Source of the DNA: an uncultured virus (IMG/VR IMGVR_UViG_3300025679_000006)
Lineage: Duplodnaviria > Heunggongvirae > Uroviricota > Caudoviricetes
DNA: 20,000 bases
Reading direction: 5' to 3' (one strand)
IMG/VR virus record: IMGVR_UViG_3300025679_000006
Positions 16,305-20,000 of the stretch are shown here, piece by piece (positions within the stretch are counted from its first letter, which is position 1; every line of letters starts with the position of its first letter). The notes under the pieces were generated by a model. It did no database searches. It saw only the letters and a list, made by a program, of their open reading frames with translations, and had not been told where the DNA came from. The position numbers were made by a program, and so were the translations under genes.

Positions 16305-16505
16305 TTAATACTCCAATGGTTTCGACAACTCGTCGAACATGAACTCGATTTCTCCCGAGATCATCTCGTCCTCGCTAGGACGATCCATCGGACCCAACAC
16401 AAGGCGCTTCGTTCCACGAACCGCCACCCAATCCCATATCCTGTTGCTCGAAATCTTATTGACCCGCGAGTTGCGATACATAGATGAACGATACCCCTTC
16501 ACCAT
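16305..16505 (-). CDS. Possible small hypothetical protein (start uncertain)
   Basis: Fills a 150-nt gap and stops 1 nt before the peptidase ATG. Overlaps the upstream gene and has no recognisable motif. Confidence 0.3.
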   Translation of the reverse strand: MVKGYRSSMYRNSRVNKISSNRIWDWVAVRGTKRLVLGPMDRPSEDEMISGEIEFMFDELSKPLEY

Positions 16506-16812
16506 TAACCGAACAGTCCAACCAAATCAAGTTGATGTCCAGCAAGCTGAGCGTTATCTCTTCGTTGGCCCAAAGCTCAAATCCACTAGTGGCGTCGACT
16601 GTATTGTTTCCTATTAAGATCTTTCCGGTGTTATTATGCTTGGCCTTGACTGTAACAGTCACAAGCAAAGAACTATTGGGACTCATCTGCACCCGCGTGC
16701 CGGTGGTCGTCACATTGACTCTGCCACTGTTAAGTGAAAAGCCTGGAATAACTTGAACTGGTGCAGTCTCAATCTTAACGGGCACTGTCGGTGGTACGGG
16801 TATGATCGGCAT
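16456..16812 (-). CDS. Beta-sandwich protein, probably virion-associated
   Basis: All-beta pattern VTVKAKHNNTGKILIG...GFELWANEEITL...INLIWLD. TAATG overlap with the portal stop and AGGAG SD. Confidence 0.6.
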   Translation of the reverse strand: MPIIPVPPTVPVKIETAPVQVIPGFSLNSGRVNVTTTGTRVQMSPNSSLLVTVTVKAKHNNTGKILIGNNTVDATSGFELWANEEITLSLLDINLIWLDCSVNGEGVSFIYVSQLAGQ

Positions 16813-18224
16813 TACTTAGCTCCTACTAGTTGACGTGCTTTCCTATTAGTCTTTGGTGTTGATTCCTTCGCGGTCACAATATCCTTTGGAGTCGTTGTAG
16901 TCATGGCCGGTGTAGGTGGTTCTGGTTCACGACTACCTTGCGAGACCTCGGTATCCATTGTAACAACGTTCTCCTTGCGTAAAATTTCGGCATACTCTTT
17001 GCCGGTCAACATACCCTGGGAATACAAAGCTGAGGCCCGGTTGAACTTCTTATCCAGGATATTCTCCTCTGCCTCTGCACTCAAGATACGCAGTGGCTTG
17101 AAATCGACTTCAAAGTGCTCTGGTATAAAACCAAACAACTGCTTACAACGAAGCTTGATGATGGTGTGCAACGGTTCACGCAAGCGGGCCCGGACTTCAC
17201 TTTCGATGAGGCAGTTATATACCTCAAGATCGTCTTCACCCGAGTTAAACCCTGCGCTGGACATACCAAACAAACGAGTCATTGGCATACGAACCGCGCC
17301 CGACACCCCAATACGATTCTGATTTTGCATTTCGGCGAGCCCACCGAAGGTGATCTGCTTCTGGTCATAGATATCGTTCTTGTCCATGACGATCGCGTTG
17401 GAATAATTCTTTAGCTTGTTAGCCAACTCCAAGCGCTGTTGAATTGACGCTTGGCCTTGGGTTGTTGCGAGCTTCGTATTCAAGTTCTCGAGTTGCCATA
17501 TGTCCTGTTTAGCCTCGTCGAGCAACTCGTAGATTACGTCTTGGTTCTTTGTGTAAGCGTTGAAGTCGCGTATCACGCGCTCAAGCTCAGACATGCCCCA
17601 TCCTTGTAACCTACGGCGGATGAAAGAAGGAGCGTCCTTTCCATTAATCTTGAGAACTCTGCTGCGGTGGATAGGTTGGCCGTAGTAATTGTAGGGACAG
17701 GGGACTTTCTCTTCGAGGATGTAGTTCAGGGTGAGTTCCCAACGATCAGCGTCAATAAAAGATAAGGGGGATTGTTCAGAGACTAAATTCATGTCTAGTT
17801 CCGTTGTCGGATCTTGGTCTGTGTTTATGATTAGTCCTGCTCCCCCATATAGCTTAGCCCACTTCATAGCGTTCTTGATTGCTTCGTAATCTTTCAGCTC
17901 AACGAGCACGTCCTGGAGCAACGCGATATCGTCCTCGGACAACTCGTCTGTTTCGATGTCAACGCCACCCCGGAGTGCGTCTTCAACGGGCTGGTCAATA
18001 AAGGTTTGAATAATACCAAAGGTCATGTAAGCGTAGGAGAGAAGAATGCGGTTGAGCGTAACGGGGTTGTATTGGTTCGCGTTGCCGAGCTGAAAAGGAT
18101 AGGACGACGCACTAGTTGTACCGTATCCCATACCCGGATCGAAGATACCGTCAAGCATCCCATTCCGCCGGGTCTCACCTTTATTCTTAACCTTCACAAG
18201 TTGCTTAATCTTAGGTTTTCTCAT
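16812..18224 (-). CDS. Portal protein (DUF1073 / HI1409-like)
   Basis: Follows terL. Motifs IDQPVEDALRGG, WAKLYGGA, IHRSRVL, GWGMSEL, MPMTRLFGMSSAGFNSGEDDLEVY, FEVDFKPL. Confidence 0.88.
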   Translation of the reverse strand: MRKPKIKQLVKVKNKGETRRNGMLDGIFDPGMGYGTTSASSYPFQLGNANQYNPVTLNRILLSYAYMTFGIIQTFIDQPVEDALRGGVDIETDELSEDDIALLQDVLVELKDYEAIKNAMKWAKLYGGAGLIINTDQDPTTELDMNLVSEQSPLSFIDADRWELTLNYILEEKVPCPYNYYGQPIHRSRVLKINGKDAPSFIRRRLQGWGMSELERVIRDFNAYTKNQDVIYELLDEAKQDIWQLENLNTKLATTQGQASIQQRLELANKLKNYSNAIVMDKNDIYDQKQITFGGLAEMQNQNRIGVSGAVRMPMTRLFGMSSAGFNSGEDDLEVYNCLIESEVRARLREPLHTIIKLRCKQLFGFIPEHFEVDFKPLRILSAEAEENILDKKFNRASALYSQGMLTGKEYAEILRKENVVTMDTEVSQGSREPEPPTPAMTTTTPKDIVTAKESTPKTNRKARQLVGAK

Positions 18225-19504
18225 TGATTCCTCCCAGACAACATGTCGCCCAACGGCCCGGTGCTGATGTCTTGATAATTCAATTCGAAGATGCTGGTCT
18301 GTGCTTTCATGTATGGCTCCATTGCATACCGCGCAGCGTCGCAGGCGTGATTAGACTTATCAATCGGAATCGGAAGAACCTGTTCAGTTGTACGATCAAC
18401 TTTCCACCTGTAGTTGGAAAAGTCACCAACACTTCCTTTGCAATCAGGATGAATGATAATAGCTTCAAAGTTCTTAAGAAATTCAATACCGTCTTCAACG
18501 CTCCCTGGACTTTTTTCCGCGCCCACGCACTGGAAGCCATGGTTAGCCATGTAGGAGATTGTGTCGGGCCTTGCAGAGTCGCCCCGGATTGTCCACTCTC
18601 TACTTTTTGGCACTGTGTCCCAACACTTCGGGTGGTCGTCGATCTCAATGCCATAGCCATAAAACTCACTATCAATATACAGGATACGTTCGCGGATAAA
18701 CATACGAATAAGACAGGTAGGGTTGGAACCAAAACCAAAGTCAGCGCCATAGTAGAATTGTGTTCCTTCGTCTGCGGGAATAAACGTTTCAACGCGAAGC
18801 TTGTTCTTAAATATAACTGCTTGCCCATATTTCTTTGGCCGACCGCCCCACACGTGGTCGTATTTCTCGGGGTCGTTTTTACGGCACCAGTCCATCTCTT
18901 TATAAAGAACTTTAGGGAACCAAGGGTTGTCCCACCAATTGACGAAGCAACGGAGTAACTCCGGCATAACAACCGGCTTGCCGTCCTTCTCAATAAACAT
19001 AACGTATGTGGCAGACTTCTCATCTTCAGGATTGAACGATACCAGTATTTCGGAATCGTCTCCGCGTATTGTTGGTGTTAGAACTGTCCAGCTGTCTTCG
19101 GCGACTTTTTCTGCTTCTTCGACCCAGCAGATTTGCACGCCTTCGGTTGACTTGACTTCACTGATATTTTGTCTAAGGCCCTTGAATATGATCTCAGAGC
19201 CATAAATGCTTGAAATTGAATCACGCTGAATAACGAAGAAGCGCTGAAGCTTATGAAAATATATCCGGTCGCAGAGAAGACGGTGCACCGAGTCTTTGAT
19301 AGACCCCTGAATCTCTCGAGTGCACAAAACGCGATAACATCCGAACGCACACTTCTGTATAATGTAATCCGCGATGGCCCACGACTTGGTACTACCCCTT
19401 CCACCGTAAAGTACCTTGTATCTTGCGTATTCAGTTGCATAGAGTACGTCTCCAACCGTCCCAATAACATTAACATTAAGAGGCTGGACTTGTTGTTCCA
19501 GCAT
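18221..19504 (-). CDS. terL: Terminase large subunit (PBSX-like family)
   Basis: Walker A YGGRGSTKS, CTREIQGSIKDSV, Walker B CWVEEAE, SFNP, nuclease motifs GADFG and NHACDAARY. Confidence 0.95.
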   Translation of the reverse strand: MLEQQVQPLNVNVIGTVGDVLYATEYARYKVLYGGRGSTKSWAIADYIIQKCAFGCYRVLCTREIQGSIKDSVHRLLCDRIYFHKLQRFFVIQRDSISSIYGSEIIFKGLRQNISEVKSTEGVQICWVEEAEKVAEDSWTVLTPTIRGDDSEILVSFNPEDEKSATYVMFIEKDGKPVVMPELLRCFVNWWDNPWFPKVLYKEMDWCRKNDPEKYDHVWGGRPKKYGQAVIFKNKLRVETFIPADEGTQFYYGADFGFGSNPTCLIRMFIRERILYIDSEFYGYGIEIDDHPKCWDTVPKSREWTIRGDSARPDTISYMANHGFQCVGAEKSPGSVEDGIEFLKNFEAIIIHPDCKGSVGDFSNYRWKVDRTTEQVLPIPIDKSNHACDAARYAMEPYMKAQTSIFELNYQDISTGPLGDMLSGRNQ

Positions 19505-19892
19505 CTTTCGCTACCTCATGCTTGATAATGTTTATTACTGGAGGCACAGGTAACGGGCCCCCACCAACTGAACCAACTTCCTGAACGGAAGGAACCGGCC
19601 CGATGATACGATTAAGCACTCGTTCAGCGTACCCCATTTCTTTATTCTTGATATCTCTTAAAAGTGTTTGTGCAATGATGACGCGAAGTGCGCCGGTCTT
19701 TGGATCATCAATAATTAAATTGAGTTCATCAGTGGAATAGTTCATCAAGTCCGTATACATTTCTGCAACGACCTTGGTTGTGTATTCTTTGAAGGTCTTC
19801 ATGATAGGAAGAGTTGCGCCACCACCTCTGGGGTTAGTGACTACACCCTTCTTGAAACTGGTGCGGTTTGGTTTTCTTTTTTTGGTTACCAT
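19476..19892 (-). CDS. terS: Probable terminase small subunit
   Basis: Directly upstream of and overlapping terL. N-terminal FKKGVVTNPRG motif and helical body ending LNRIIG. Confidence 0.7.
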   Translation of the reverse strand: MVTKKRKPNRTSFKKGVVTNPRGGGATLPIMKTFKEYTTKVVAEMYTDLMNYSTDELNLIIDDPKTGALRVIIAQTLLRDIKNKEMGYAERVLNRIIGPVPSVQEVGSVGGGPLPVPPVINIIKHEVAKDAGTTSPAS

Positions 19893-20000
19893 GCTTCTGC
19901 CTATCAGTACCTATCGGTTGTTCGGTTTACATACTCATTATGCTCCATATCTGGCCCTAAAACCTCATATTTCATACATTCACCCCCAAAATAAGCATCA

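Noticed and set aside
16812..18224. Portal as an anti-CBASS Acb1-like protein (a label sometimes attached to this family)
   Set aside because: No appended 2H-phosphoesterase domain with paired HxT motifs is visible. The protein is portal-sized, with only a short Pro/Thr-rich tail.
18224..19525. Long alternative-frame and antisense ORFs within terL (238 aa, 244 aa, 132 aa, 90 aa)
   Set aside because: They overlap a well-supported gene almost entirely and show no recognisable motifs. They are most likely shadow ORFs.
1..20000. Stop-codon reassignment, or introns/inteins in core genes
   Set aside because: Genes are full-length and tightly packed under the standard code, TAA, TAG and TGA all act as stops, and terL, portal and capsid show no interruptions.
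19893..20000. Late promoter or short ORF upstream of terS
   Set aside because: No convincing -35/-10 pair, and the ~23-codon ORF has too little support at the window edge.

Overview
The whole window is a tightly packed, minus-strand virion morphogenesis operon of a contractile-tailed (myovirus-like) phage or prophage. Gene order: terminase small and large subunits, portal, an accessory block of about 9 small genes, MuF/SPP1 gp7-like head protein with an extra ParB-like domain, membrane protein, prohead protease, scaffold, two paralogous decoration proteins with poly-Ser/Cys tails, major capsid, neck genes, sheath, tube, tail chaperone with a -1 frameshift, a short tape measure protein and baseplate genes (last one truncated). 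The most notable signal is a possible capsid cargo-loading and processing system. Accessory proteins carry a copy of the scaffold's C-terminal DT-x3-R-x-DRG-x2-RY motif, and head proteins share a recurrent [K/R/V/L]-x-N-[A/G/S/D] motif at domain boundaries, suggesting an Asn-specific prohead protease that releases packaged modules. All family assignments come from motif recognition and synteny, not database searches.
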